In this document: in pieces, positions 34,934-43,302 of the stretch
Layout of the letters: each line of letters starts with the position of its first letter
Numbering within the stretch: the first letter of the stretch is position 1
Origin: an uncultured archaeon
GTDB taxonomy: Archaea; Nanobdellota; Nanobdellia; Pacearchaeales; GW2011-AR1
Direction: 5' to 3'
Assembly: GCA_903866625.1 (NCBI GenBank)
Contig: CAIPOI010000005.1
Span: 127,178 to 191,177, forward strand
DNA: 64,000 bases
The notes under the pieces: model-generated
What the model was told of the DNA's origin: nothing
What the model saw: only the letters and a program-made list of their open reading frames with translations
Databases searched by the model: none
Position numbers and translations under genes: made by a program

Positions 34934-36259
34934 TTATTTCTTCTTAGCTTTTTTAGAATCTTTCTTTTCTTCAGATTTAACTTTCTTTTTGGTTATTTCT
35001 TTAAATCCGGTATAAGGCCAAAGGGCTTTTGGAATGCTGATGCTTCCATCTTCTTTTTGGTTGTTTTCTAATAGTGTTACCATTATTCTTGAGGTAGCTA
35101 ATGCAGTATCGTTCAGAGTATGTAAAACTCTTCTATTTCCTTGTTTATCTACACATTTTATATCTAATTTTCTGGCTTGATAATCTGTGCAGTTTGATAA
35201 AGACATTACTTCTCCATAGCTTTTTGTTGTAGGTCTCCAAACCTCTAAATCTGCACTACGATATTTCCAATCTGCTAAATCTCCTGTACAAATTTCAATT
35301 ACTCTATAGGGTAATTCTAAGGCATCTAATATTTCAGTAGAATTTTTTAGAAGTTCTTCATATATTTTTATAGAATCTTCTGGTTTGCAAAAAACAAATT
35401 GTTCTACTTTATTGAATTGGTGTGTTCTCCATAATCCTTTTTCATTTATTCCGTGTGCTCCTACTTCTTTTCTAAAGCACATAGAGTAAGAGAAGTATTT
35501 TTTCGGAAGTTGAGATTCTGGGATTACTTGGCCTGAATGCATTGCTAAAACTGATTGTTCTGATGTTCCTATTAATCCCAAATCCTCTCCTTTTATTTCA
35601 TATACTGATTGTTCTATTGCTGCTTTATCCATCGAAGCATAGATTGCCTTTGAATTTAGCATCAAGGGCGGTTCTATGTATTCATAACCCTTTTTTCTCA
35701 TGAAGTCAACTGCAAAACGGATTAATGCTTGATTTAAGATTGCTAATTCATTTTTTAGATAGTAAAATCCATTTCCAGAAACTCTTGCTGAGGCATCAAA
35801 ATCTGCAATTCCTAATTTTTCGCATAATTCTACATGATTTTTTGGAGTAAAATTAAATTTAGGAATTTTTCCGCCTTTAATATACTCTACATTTTCTGAT
35901 GAGTCTTTTCCTTTCGGGGTTTCTGGAGAGATAATGTTGGGTATCTTTAACATCATGAGTCTTATTTCATCTTCCAGTTGTTTTTCTTTAGCCTCTAGTT
36001 TTGTTATTTCTTCTGGAATTTCCTTAGCCTTTTTTAGAATTGCATCAATTGGCTTTTTTGCTTTTTTAGCTTGATTTATTTGTTCAGAAATTTTGTTTCT
36101 TTCAGATCTTAGATTATCTGCTTCAACTCTTGCCTTTCTCCACTCAATATCTAAATTTGTTATCTTATCTACTAAAGGTAATTTTTCATCTTGAGCCTTC
36201 TTTTTTATGTTATTTTTTACTAACTCGGGGTTTTCACGAATAAGCTTTATGTCTATCAT
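34934..36259 (-). CDS. serS: seryl-tRNA synthetase with K-rich C-terminal tail
   Basis: MIDIKLIRENPELVKNNIKKK, a coiled-coil arm, and class II motifs FRKEVGAHG...GLWRTHQFNKVE and TLNDTALATSR. Confidence 0.95.
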   Translation of the reverse strand: MIDIKLIRENPELVKNNIKKKAQDEKLPLVDKITNLDIEWRKARVEADNLRSERNKISEQINQAKKAKKPIDAILKKAKEIPEEITKLEAKEKQLEDEIRLMMLKIPNIISPETPKGKDSSENVEYIKGGKIPKFNFTPKNHVELCEKLGIADFDASARVSGNGFYYLKNELAILNQALIRFAVDFMRKKGYEYIEPPLMLNSKAIYASMDKAAIEQSVYEIKGEDLGLIGTSEQSVLAMHSGQVIPESQLPKKYFSYSMCFRKEVGAHGINEKGLWRTHQFNKVEQFVFCKPEDSIKIYEELLKNSTEILDALELPYRVIEICTGDLADWKYRSADLEVWRPTTKSYGEVMSLSNCTDYQARKLDIKCVDKQGNRRVLHTLNDTALATSRIMVTLLENNQKEDGSISIPKALWPYTGFKEITKKKVKSEEKKDSKKAKKK

Positions 36260-36280
36260 ATTTTATTATACCTCGTTTGA

Positions 36281-36288
36281 TATTTAAA
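36281..36288 (-). promoter_or_regulatory. TATA-like element (TTTAAATA on minus strand) for serS
   Basis: Centre lies 25.5 nt upstream of the ATG at 36259. Confidence 0.4.
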
Positions 36289-36350
36289 CATTTCCAATAT
36301 ATCTTCTTGAGTGGATAAATCCTTTAAAAGCAGGAAACCATGTTTTTATC

Positions 36351-36857
36351 ATGGAACAAAAGAGAACAACTAAACTGGATTTTCAGGAATTAAAAGAGCT
36401 GGTTAGTTTAGTTTCGGATAGTTCAATTAATAATGAAGCATTAGGTCGGGCTTTTGTTGTTGCACTTTATCGAGAATTTAAACCTTCCCAAAAAATAATC
36501 TCAACAGGTAGAAAGCCCGAGACTCTACATGAGTTTTATGGTATTTTAAAAAAAATTAGATCTGGAAGACTTGCGAGAGTATTTAGGGAAAGTCCGAGTG
36601 GTAATACTCTTTTTGCAGAGGAGTTGAGAGCAGTTAATCAGGCTGGAGCTGATTCAAGTTATGCTCATTTGGATAAGAAATCTCTTTTAGAACTTTTTTA
36701 TCTGCACTTCAGCAATTTTCCATTACAAGGTTCATTTATACGGCAAACTATTGCAGCTTATAATCCTCGCGAATCCCTCGGAGATTTTAGAAAATACGTT
36801 GAAGGGCGTTTTATTCAAGATTTGAGTTATACTATTGAAAAAATAACTACTGATTAG
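36351..36857 (+). CDS. hypothetical protein (168 aa)
   Basis: TATA-like TTTAAAAG (36323-36330) is centred 24.5 nt upstream of the ATG. About 42% GC on the 60-nt line I counted. No family recognised. Confidence 0.45.
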   Translation: MEQKRTTKLDFQELKELVSLVSDSSINNEALGRAFVVALYREFKPSQKIISTGRKPETLHEFYGILKKIRSGRLARVFRESPSGNTLFAEELRAVNQAGADSSYAHLDKKSLLELFYLHFSNFPLQGSFIRQTIAAYNPRESLGDFRKYVEGRFIQDLSYTIEKITTD

Positions 36858-36911
36858 TTGAATTTTTTATGAGAAAGATTTAAAAGGCGAATTATATCCT
36901 AAAATATATAG

Positions 36912-36942
36912 TTTTTAGAATATATCTCAAAAATTCTAAAAA
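36912..36942. promoter_or_regulatory. 10-bp inverted repeat TTTTTAGAAT-N11-ATTCTAAAAA (candidate operator)
   Basis: Read directly. The right arm abuts the expected TATA position for the wHTH gene starting at 36969. Confidence 0.3.
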
Positions 36943-36968
36943 TTTAATAAATCACTTCAAATCACCAA

Positions 36969-37238
36969 ATGAAAGATAATTTTGATATCTTCTTCAGAAG
37001 AAAACCTGCTTTGATGCTCGTTGCTTTGGGGAAGGTTTCTAAGGCAAGATATGGTTCAGTTCTTGCTAAAGAAGTTGATTGCACTTATTCTCATGCTGTA
37101 AAAATTCTTCAATCATTAGAAGAATTGGGTTTAGTAGTATTTGAAAAGCAAGGAAGAATAAAACTAATCAAACTTACAAAAAAAGGAAAAGAAATAGCAG
37201 ACTCTATTGAGACTATACGAAGAAGTTTGCAAAATTAA
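36969..37238 (+). CDS. small wHTH transcriptional regulator (ArsR/MarR-like)
   Basis: SVLAKEVDCTYSHAVKILQSLEELGLVVFEKQGRIKLIKLTKKGKEIA. Confidence 0.6.
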   Translation: MKDNFDIFFRRKPALMLVALGKVSKARYGSVLAKEVDCTYSHAVKILQSLEELGLVVFEKQGRIKLIKLTKKGKEIADSIETIRRSLQN

Positions 37239-37251
37239 TCATATTTGCTAT

Positions 37252-37530
37252 ATGACTCCTAATTTATTACACCCTAATTTTTTTGAGAAGCCGGATTCTG
37301 TTCTTAGTGTTCAAGGTCAAATAGAAGAAAGACTTAGCAAACTTGGGGGAGATATAGAACGTTTAACCAGACAATCTGATTTTCTTTTTAAAAAAACAGA
37401 TTTAGATAGTGTAATTCAACTTGCCGAAGTAGCCACACAACTAGAAGAGGCAAGACAAGAATATTTAGCTATTTGCGGAAATGAGTATGTTCTTTTAGGA
37501 GATAGAAAGCCTGAATCCTCGATTATCTAG
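37252..37530 (+). CDS. hypothetical protein (92 aa from ATG 37252)
   Basis: The ORF-track start 37207 overlaps the upstream gene. The in-frame ATG at 37252 lies 13 nt after its stop. Confidence 0.35.
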   Translation: MTPNLLHPNFFEKPDSVLSVQGQIEERLSKLGGDIERLTRQSDFLFKKTDLDSVIQLAEVATQLEEARQEYLAICGNEYVLLGDRKPESSII

Positions 37531-38188
37531 AATTTTTAACTCCAATTTTTTTGCAATAGTCTTTTATTGGACATTGACTACATAAAGGTGAAATTGGCAA
37601 GCAAACTTTTTTTCCAAATAATACAAATATACCATTAAAGTCTTGCCAATACTCTTTTGGGATTATCTTCATTAGTTCTTGTTCAGATTCTTCTGGGGTT
37701 TTTGTTTTTATCCAACCAATTCTATTAGGTATACGATGGCAGTGAGTATCTATGGGGAGAACTTGTTTATTAAAACTAAATGCTAAGACAATATTTGCTG
37801 TTTTTGGGCCTATGTGCTTTATTGATTCAAGTTCTTCTTTGGTATCCGGAACTTCTGAATTAAACTTTTCAATTAGTTCTTTTGAGACATGACGTATAGC
37901 TTCTGCTTTTTTGTTGTAGTGCCCAGATTTAAATATAATCTTCTTTAATTCTTTTTCAGGTATTTTCAACATTTCTTCAGGAGTTTTAGCTACTTGGAAA
38001 AGATTTTCTGAAATTATTTCAGTAACTTCATCTCTGGCCCTCAGAGATAGTAAGCATGAAATTAAAGTTTGATAGGGTGAATATCTCTTCTTGTCTTTTG
38101 ATTCTCGGTTCAGGGTCGTTTTTCTATATTGACTTAGATACTCTTGGAGTATTTTAATTGCTTCAGAAATTTCTTTTTGGTTTGGCAT
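37523..38188 (-). CDS. nth: endonuclease III (HhH-GPD, Fe-S) (ATG 38188; the ORF track starts at a TTG at 38206)
   Basis: HhH IKHIGPKTANIVL, LPIDTHCHRI, and Fe-S cluster loop CLPISPLCSQCPIKDYC (C-x6-C-x2-C-x5-C). Confidence 0.9.
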   Translation of the reverse strand: MPNQKEISEAIKILQEYLSQYRKTTLNRESKDKKRYSPYQTLISCLLSLRARDEVTEIISENLFQVAKTPEEMLKIPEKELKKIIFKSGHYNKKAEAIRHVSKELIEKFNSEVPDTKEELESIKHIGPKTANIVLAFSFNKQVLPIDTHCHRIPNRIGWIKTKTPEESEQELMKIIPKEYWQDFNGIFVLFGKKVCLPISPLCSQCPIKDYCKKIGVKNSR

Positions 38189-38211
38189 TTTAATTGTTTT
38201 GCTCAATGATT

Positions 38212-38221
38212 AAAATAAAAA
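38212..38221 (-). terminator. T-run TTTTTATTTT directly after tRNA-Lys; it also sits at the TATA position for nth
   Basis: Immediately 3' of the tRNA discriminator. Its centre lies about 26 nt upstream of nth ATG 38188. Confidence 0.4.
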
Positions 38222-38296
38222 TGGCCCGTAAGGGATTTGAACCCTTGACACCCACATTAAGAGTGTGGTACTCTAACCGGGCTGAGCTAACGGGCC
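38222..38296 (-). tRNA. tRNA-Lys (anticodon CUU)
   Basis: Reverse complement: GGCCCGT TA GCTC AGCCCGGTTA GAGT A CCACA CTCTTAA TGTGG GTGTC AAGGG TTCAAAT CCCTT ACGGGCC A. 75 nt. Confidence 0.9.
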
Positions 38297-38341
38297 TTTA
38301 GAATATCAAGAAAAAGTAGTATTTTAAAGTTATTGTTTTGA

Positions 38342-38563
38342 TTAGATTCTTGGAAATAGGGTTTCACCAATTTGATCTAATAAAGAGGGTCCATGAATTT
38401 TTGTTTGAACAAAAGTTTTTACTTTGGCAAATGCATAACTTAAACCCACAAATGCCGCTTTCATATCATCAATTGGAAAATAGTTAACATTTTCTGAGAG
38501 GGGTTCCCTTGGAATTAAATCTTCTTCAAAACTATCTCTGTCAATTATTAGATTTAAAAGCAT
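38342..38563 (-). CDS. hypothetical small protein (73 aa)
   Basis: ORF only. Lies downstream of the wHTH gene on the same strand. Confidence 0.3.
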   Translation of the reverse strand: MLLNLIIDRDSFEEDLIPREPLSENVNYFPIDDMKAAFVGLSYAFAKVKTFVQTKIHGPSLLDQIGETLFPRI

Positions 38564-38575
38564 TATGGTTTTTAA

Positions 38576-38881
38576 TTAGATACCAAAAGTTTCTTCGAAT
38601 TCTCTTACTCTTGAATACTTAAGGTTAAACTCTCTGCCTTTGTCTGTTAGAACTATTACTATTTTATTTTCATCTTTTTCAGATTTCTGTTTCTTTACCA
38701 GCCCATTTTTTATAAGCTCTTCAAGATAACCTTTCATAGTTTTATGAGATAGGTTTGCTTTGTACATTAAATGGGTTGGTTTTATTTTCCCCCCTTTTTC
38801 ATTTATAATTCTGATAATATCTGCGATTACTTCAAGTCGAGAACGCTTTTTTGGCTCACTATTTTCGTTTGGAATTCTCAT
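38576..38881 (-). CDS. winged-helix DNA-binding protein (101 aa)
   Basis: [50 protein letters not shown]. Confidence 0.55.
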   Translation of the reverse strand: MRIPNENSEPKKRSRLEVIADIIRIINEKGGKIKPTHLMYKANLSHKTMKGYLEELIKNGLVKKQKSEKDENKIVIVLTDKGREFNLKYSRVREFEETFGI

Positions 38882-39551
38882 TTTTGTTAATTTTTATTAC
38901 GAGAACTAAGAGAGTTAGATAACTTATTAGTTGCATAATCTGACCTATTATATATAATTGTGGAAGTCCTTGCAGTAAGAATATAAGGTGACTCGCAGTT
39001 AATATGGAGAAGGCGATTAGTAACAGTTTTGTTTTACAGCTTTTATTCTTTTTGTATACTTTTAGATAGGTATCTATTATTAATACTAAGAAGAGGAGAA
39101 CAGTTAGGTGAAATATAAAGAATATGAACTGGCCGGCTAAGGATGATAGAAGTATAAAGAATCCTGCTAAAACAATATCTCCAATATTTTTATCATTTAA
39201 TGGAAGACGATAGATAACATATAATCCTGCTAGGGTTAAAAACTTGTAAAGAAAGAATCCAAGGTCATAAGATATATCTGAAGCTTTCAGGATATCATAT
39301 TTTAATACTACTCCCCCCACTACTTGAAATAATGTTGTTTTGTAATAGATTACAAATTTTGTTAGGATAGTAGCTATTTCTGCTAAGGCAATAAATAAAA
39401 ATCCTAATCCCAAATAGAAAAGTTTTTTGTTTTCAGTTAGTTTATAGTTTCTTATGGACATGATAAAAAAAGTTAGCAACACTAGGAAGCTAAATAGTTC
39501 TATCATGATATCAAAACGAGTAAACCAGTGTGGAATAAATACAGATATCAT
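38859..39551 (-). CDS. polytopic membrane protein (230 aa, about 7 TM helices)
   Basis: Hydrophobic segments throughout. TATA-like element (39568-39580) is centred about 24 nt upstream of the ATG. Overlaps the wHTH gene by 23 nt. Confidence 0.5.
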   Translation of the reverse strand: MISVFIPHWFTRFDIMIELFSFLVLLTFFIMSIRNYKLTENKKLFYLGLGFLFIALAEIATILTKFVIYYKTTLFQVVGGVVLKYDILKASDISYDLGFFLYKFLTLAGLYVIYRLPLNDKNIGDIVLAGFFILLSSLAGQFIFFIFHLTVLLFLVLIIDTYLKVYKKNKSCKTKLLLIAFSILTASHLIFLLQGLPQLYIIGQIMQLISYLTLLVLVIKINKNENSKRK

Positions 39552-39726
39552 AGTGTACTAACTCGGATTTTATTTAAAAAGCTTGTGAACTCTTATTCTC
39601 TATAATCTTTCTGTAAGATTTTTTCACAATCGCTTTAAAAACCAAAGTTTTATGGATATTAACTAAAAGAAGTTTCTTTAGAAAAGAAGCTTTAAGTAAG
39701 AAAATAAATAAAACAAGGAGGACAAA

Positions 39727-39861
39727 ATGAACCAAAAAATATATAATAAGTTACCAAGAGAACTTAGACATTTATCTAATATTGGTCTGGATGATTATGA
39801 GATTGATTATCTTTTGGCACTTAAAAGAAAAAGAGAAATTGCAAGAAAGTGGAAGCATTAG
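39727..39861 (+). CDS. small basic protein (44 aa) with a strong Shine-Dalgarno sequence
   Basis: AAGGAGG (39715-39721) lies 5 nt upstream of the ATG. Translation: MNQKIYNKLPRELRHLSNIGLDDYEIDYLLALKRKREIARKWKH. Followed by a hairpin at 39873-39893. Confidence 0.3.
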   Translation: MNQKIYNKLPRELRHLSNIGLDDYEIDYLLALKRKREIARKWKH

Positions 39862-39972
39862 AGAAGGTCAGTGATACTCTCTTCGCGAGTATCCTTAATT
39901 TATGAGCATTAATTTAGTATCAATGGTATTCTCTACTCGAATATCTCTGACTTATTTTATTATCTTATTTGG

Positions 39973-40281
39973 TCAGTGATATTCTCGCCACGTATGCTTG
40001 CATTTGGTGCATTTGAAGAAGCGAGTCTCTGCTTCATCTCCTGAACGAGTTTGAGAGGTCCAGAAATAAGCTTCTTTATTACCACACTTAGGGCAGGTTG
40101 CAGCAGTAACTGGCATGACTTCTACTTCTTTTTCTTTAACAACTGCAGTCTGCTTTTTTTCTTTCATCTGCTCAGAACTTTCTATCTTAACTTTTCCTTT
40201 AGCAGTATAATTGCATCTAGCGCAACCAAAATTTTTCCTCTTTTCTATTAATACACTTCCGCACTTTGGGCAAAATTCCAT
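39973..40281 (-). CDS. tfs: transcription factor S (TFS/RpoM)
   Basis: N-terminal ribbon CPKCGSVL...CARCNY. C-terminal ribbon CPKCGNKEAYFWTSQTRSGDEAETRFFKCTKCKHTW with the acidic QTRSxDE loop. Confidence 0.9.
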   Translation of the reverse strand: MEFCPKCGSVLIEKRKNFGCARCNYTAKGKVKIESSEQMKEKKQTAVVKEKEVEVMPVTAATCPKCGNKEAYFWTSQTRSGDEAETRFFKCTKCKHTWREYH

Positions 40282-40305
40282 AAGTTCTCTTTATCTTTAG
40301 AGTTT

Positions 40306-41019
40306 TTAAACCTTCTGACTTTTATTTGAGGGCAATAGAGCTATACTTATAATTATAGCTATAAAAATTATTGAACCTAGAACTTTATGTTCTACTAAGA
40401 ATAGTTTTATCCAACCTAAGTAAGGTATTCTTGCAACAGCTATACCTATAACTTGATTTGCTTGAATGTTTGTTTCATCCAGATAATAGTTATTCTTTTT
40501 ACTTAGTTGGTCTGGATTATGATCTCCTTTTGTTTCTAAAGGATTTAGAGAAATTACTCTATGAATTATAGGGGTAGGTTGACCTGATTGAAAGATTATT
40601 ACATCTCCAAGTTGGATATTTGAGGCTTTTTTACCGAAAATGATTATGATGTCTCCTTTACTAAATCCGTTTTTAAATTTAAATGAAGAAAATTGTTCTT
40701 GGGTTATATTTGTATTTTTTTCATACCAAGCCCCACAAACATTCCAGTATTCTTCTAGATTATAATATTTTTTTTCTGCGAATTTATATCCACAAAGCAC
40801 ATAAGAGTTTGATTCAAGTAAAGAATGGTGGTCCATACTTGAACTTTCTACTATCGCTAAGGGCAATCCATTTAAACCCATTCCAAATATTAAACTTAAA
40901 CCTGGAAGAAAAACAAATTTTATTATGATAAATAAAATTACTAAAAATATTACATAGCTACTTATAGATTCAGATTTCCAGAGCCAATTCCAGAAAGATT
41001 TTATCTCTTTTAAAACCAT
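40306..41019 (-). CDS. archaeal/eukaryal-type signal peptidase I (S26B, Sec11-like) (ATG 41019)
   Basis: IVESSSMDHH (Ser nucleophile box), GDIIIIF, IIHRVI and TKGDHNPD (GDNN-like box). N- and C-terminal TM helices. Confidence 0.75.
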   Translation of the reverse strand: MVLKEIKSFWNWLWKSESISSYVIFLVILFIIIKFVFLPGLSLIFGMGLNGLPLAIVESSSMDHHSLLESNSYVLCGYKFAEKKYYNLEEYWNVCGAWYEKNTNITQEQFSSFKFKNGFSKGDIIIIFGKKASNIQLGDVIIFQSGQPTPIIHRVISLNPLETKGDHNPDQLSKKNNYYLDETNIQANQVIGIAVARIPYLGWIKLFLVEHKVLGSIIFIAIIISIALLPSNKSQKV

Positions 41020-41040
41020 ATAGTATAGAATAACCAAGTA

Positions 41041-41048
41041 TTTTTAAA
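41041..41048 (-). promoter_or_regulatory. TATA-like element (TTTAAAAA on minus strand) for the signal peptidase gene
   Basis: Centre lies 25.5 nt upstream of ATG 41019. It supports 41019 over the TTG at 41037. Confidence 0.4.
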
Positions 41049-41100
41049 CCCTGTGAAATAAATATATTTGAAAGATTAAGAATAAACTTACAACAAAAAA

Positions 41101-41274
41101 ATGGATCCGTTTGTAGAAAAAGAGTTGATTGATTGTCTAAAGGCTATATCTGCTACTTTGAATAATATTGATACTCGTTTAGAAGAATTAACTGCTGCAG
41201 TTAGAGAAACTGGTTTTGTTGAAGAAGAGGAAGAAGAGTTTGGAGAAGCAGTTATTGAAGACGAACCTCAATAA
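41101..41274 (+). CDS. small acidic protein (57 aa; below the ORF-track cutoff)
   Basis: My translation is MDPFVEKELIDCLKAISATLNNIDTRLEELTAAVRETGFVEEEEEEFGEAVIEDEPQ. No family recognised. Confidence 0.3.
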   Translation: MDPFVEKELIDCLKAISATLNNIDTRLEELTAAVRETGFVEEEEEEFGEAVIEDEPQ

Positions 41275-41311
41275 GCCTTAAGTTTTTATAGTTCTGATAC
41301 TTGTATTTTTC

Positions 41312-42088
41312 ATGGAATTTGGGCTTGGAAAAATAAGAAGAGCTCTTGCTTATTTGGCTTTTAGTTTAATATCCCTTTCTGCCATAGATTCAAAGGCTAG
41401 TTGGGATAGATATCAGATAATTATGGATAAGAATCCTTTTGGGAGGCTTGGGCCTGCAGAACCAGTTACAATTCCTGAATTTGCTAAAGATTATAGACTT
41501 TGTTCTCTTGCTGAAATTGTTCGCGGTTCTGAAACAAATCTTTATGCTGGTTTTGCTAGAAATAGTTTTAATGTTAAAAGTATTACTAATTCTTTTGATC
41601 AAGTTTTTATTAAACAAGGAGAATTAACTGAAGAGGGTTTACAGGTTACTGATATAGATGTAAGGAATGAATCTGCAAAACTTTGGAGAAATGGAGAATC
41701 TGCTTTGATGAATGTTCAATCTTTACCCATACCTACAAATAGTCTTCTTGGAAATAATTCTTTAATGCAAGGCCAATCTGGAGCAAAAAATCCTTGGGCA
41801 GAATTTTATCAGAGATATCAACAGAGACATAGTCAAGATGGAAGTCAAAGTTCTCAAAATCCAATAACAATTCAAGTTTCTCAAGACGGAAAAATAAATA
41901 GAGATTCTTTAGGAAATCTTAGTAGTGAGCAAAGACAGCAAATACAAGGTGCAGTTCAAGAGTATAGACTGAATAGGCAGACCCAGGTTATACAAAATAT
42001 GCAAAATCCTGATGTTCAGGTTCAGCAAGATAATAGTTCTGTTCAGAACAATAAGCATTCACATTCAAAAAAATCTAGGCAAAATTAG
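41312..42088 (+). CDS. secreted/anchored protein with Q-rich C-terminal half
   Basis: Signal-peptide-like N-terminus RRALAYLAFSLISLSAIDSKA, then a beta-rich domain, then a Q/S/N-rich tail. Confidence 0.5.
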   Translation: MEFGLGKIRRALAYLAFSLISLSAIDSKASWDRYQIIMDKNPFGRLGPAEPVTIPEFAKDYRLCSLAEIVRGSETNLYAGFARNSFNVKSITNSFDQVFIKQGELTEEGLQVTDIDVRNESAKLWRNGESALMNVQSLPIPTNSLLGNNSLMQGQSGAKNPWAEFYQRYQQRHSQDGSQSSQNPITIQVSQDGKINRDSLGNLSSEQRQQIQGAVQEYRLNRQTQVIQNMQNPDVQVQQDNSSVQNNKHSHSKKSRQN

Positions 42089-42128
42089 AAAAAGCAAGAT
42101 TTAAAATCCTTGAAATCATTAGTACTTT

Positions 42129-42362
42129 ATGAAAAGGGGCGTGTTTAAATTATGGGTAATCTTTGCATTAGTATCCAGTTTTTTAGTTTTGTTCTTTTTT
42201 TCTGCTTTGGTTTTATACGAAAAGGTTTGTTTTTATGAGTTAAATTTGTATATACTTGTTTTTGAGTGGCTTCTTGCGCTTATTATTTTCATAATTTCTT
42301 TATATGCTTTTATTGGATTAATCTTGAGGCATTACGAGATTAATGTTCTAAGAGAAAGATAA
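42129..42362 (+). CDS. small membrane protein (77 aa, 2 TM helices)
   Basis: Two hydrophobic helices. No family recognised. Confidence 0.35.
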   Translation: MKRGVFKLWVIFALVSSFLVLFFFSALVLYEKVCFYELNLYILVFEWLLALIIFIISLYAFIGLILRHYEINVLRER

Positions 42363-42602
42363 TTTTTTGAAATATATTTTTAATCACAGAAACATTTAAA
42401 TAGTATACATTATACGTATACACGTAAAGTATATACAAAATATATACTCTCCTTTCAGCGGGCCCGAGGAAACTCGGCCTGTTATAATCAAAAATAAACA
42501 AAAAATGGAAAAACAAATGAATACATTTCAAGTGCTTCGCTACTTGAAAATCCAGAAAATTAATAATTTTCTGGCTGCTCGTTTTAAGAGGTAAAACTTC
42601 GC

Positions 42603-43127
42603 ATGGCAGATATATTTGATAATCAGATTTTATGTAATAGATGTAAGAAAGTTATGAAACCTTCCTTGATAAATAAGAATGGTTTTAATCTTAGAACTTT
42701 AAAATGCGATAAATGCGGGGAGATTATAGTCCATCCGGCGGATAAACAAGAGTACGATAATTTTATGAGGCTCAAACAAAAAGAATTTAATGTTAAGATG
42801 AGAATGGTGGGTAATAGCTACGCGGTTTCTATTCCAAGAGAGATAGTTGATTTTATGAAGGATCAAGAAAAAATAGTAAATGATATGGTAAGACTCTGTT
42901 TTAATGGCGCGAATAGTTTAAATTTACAGTTTAATACTCCTGAAATTGAAGGCGATGGCGAAAATCTCGGAAATTCTCGAGTTGTAAGTGCGAAAGAAGT
43001 TAGAATAGTTAAAAATGGAAAACCTATTTTGCATACAAGAAAAGTTTTTGATTCTGCTCATCCTGAGAGAAACCAAACAAGAGTGTTTAAATCTAAAGAA
43101 GCTGATGAAGAGGGGGGTGAAGAATAA
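42603..43127 (+). CDS. zinc-ribbon + AbrB/SpoVT-like DNA-binding protein
   Basis: CNRCKK...CDKCGE ribbon. MRMVGNSYAVSIPREIVDFM is an AbrB/MazE-type swapped-hairpin motif. AGAGGT lies 10 nt upstream of the ATG. Confidence 0.55.
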   Translation: MADIFDNQILCNRCKKVMKPSLINKNGFNLRTLKCDKCGEIIVHPADKQEYDNFMRLKQKEFNVKMRMVGNSYAVSIPREIVDFMKDQEKIVNDMVRLCFNGANSLNLQFNTPEIEGDGENLGNSRVVSAKEVRIVKNGKPILHTRKVFDSAHPERNQTRVFKSKEADEEGGEE

Positions 43128-43300
43128 TGTCTGACTATTCATCTAATTATTCTATAAACTCTTCTACAATAGGTGGAACAGGATTTAGTTATGCTCAATT
43201 TGATTCTGGGAGAAAATATAATTCGAGTTTATACAATGCTTCTTTACCTTATGATGCTGATATTAACAATAAATTTAAAATGAATTTATATCTACAATAA
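43127..43300 (+). CDS. possible small S/N/Y-rich protein (57 aa)
   Basis: TAATG overlap with the upstream stop. Low-complexity composition, so it may be non-coding. Confidence 0.2.
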   Translation: MSDYSSNYSINSSTIGGTGFSYAQFDSGRKYNSSLYNASLPYDADINNKFKMNLYLQ

Positions 43301-43302
43301 AA

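Noticed and set aside
34889-35071. 60-aa plus-strand ORF; also similar short antisense ORFs at 4128-4367, 8395-8610, 26553-26753, 27226-27453, 40051-40251, 44616-44843 and 63301-63528.
   Set aside because: Each lies antisense within a gene that has strong family motifs. They are compositionally F/L/S/I-rich shadow frames.
39866-39952. Possible C/D-box sRNA (GTGATAC ... CTGA) in the tfs-proximal spacer.
   Set aside because: The C box matches only 5/7, no convincing C'/D' boxes are present, and the box spacing of about 80 nt is well above the usual 50-60 nt for archaeal C/D sRNAs.
42404-42447. The TATAC repeat cluster as a mini-CRISPR array or replication origin.
   Set aside because: The units are 5 bp with irregular spacing of 6-15 bp, with no repeat-spacer architecture and no cas genes. 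There are no Orc1/Cdc6 genes or ORB-like boxes nearby, so an origin call is unsupported.
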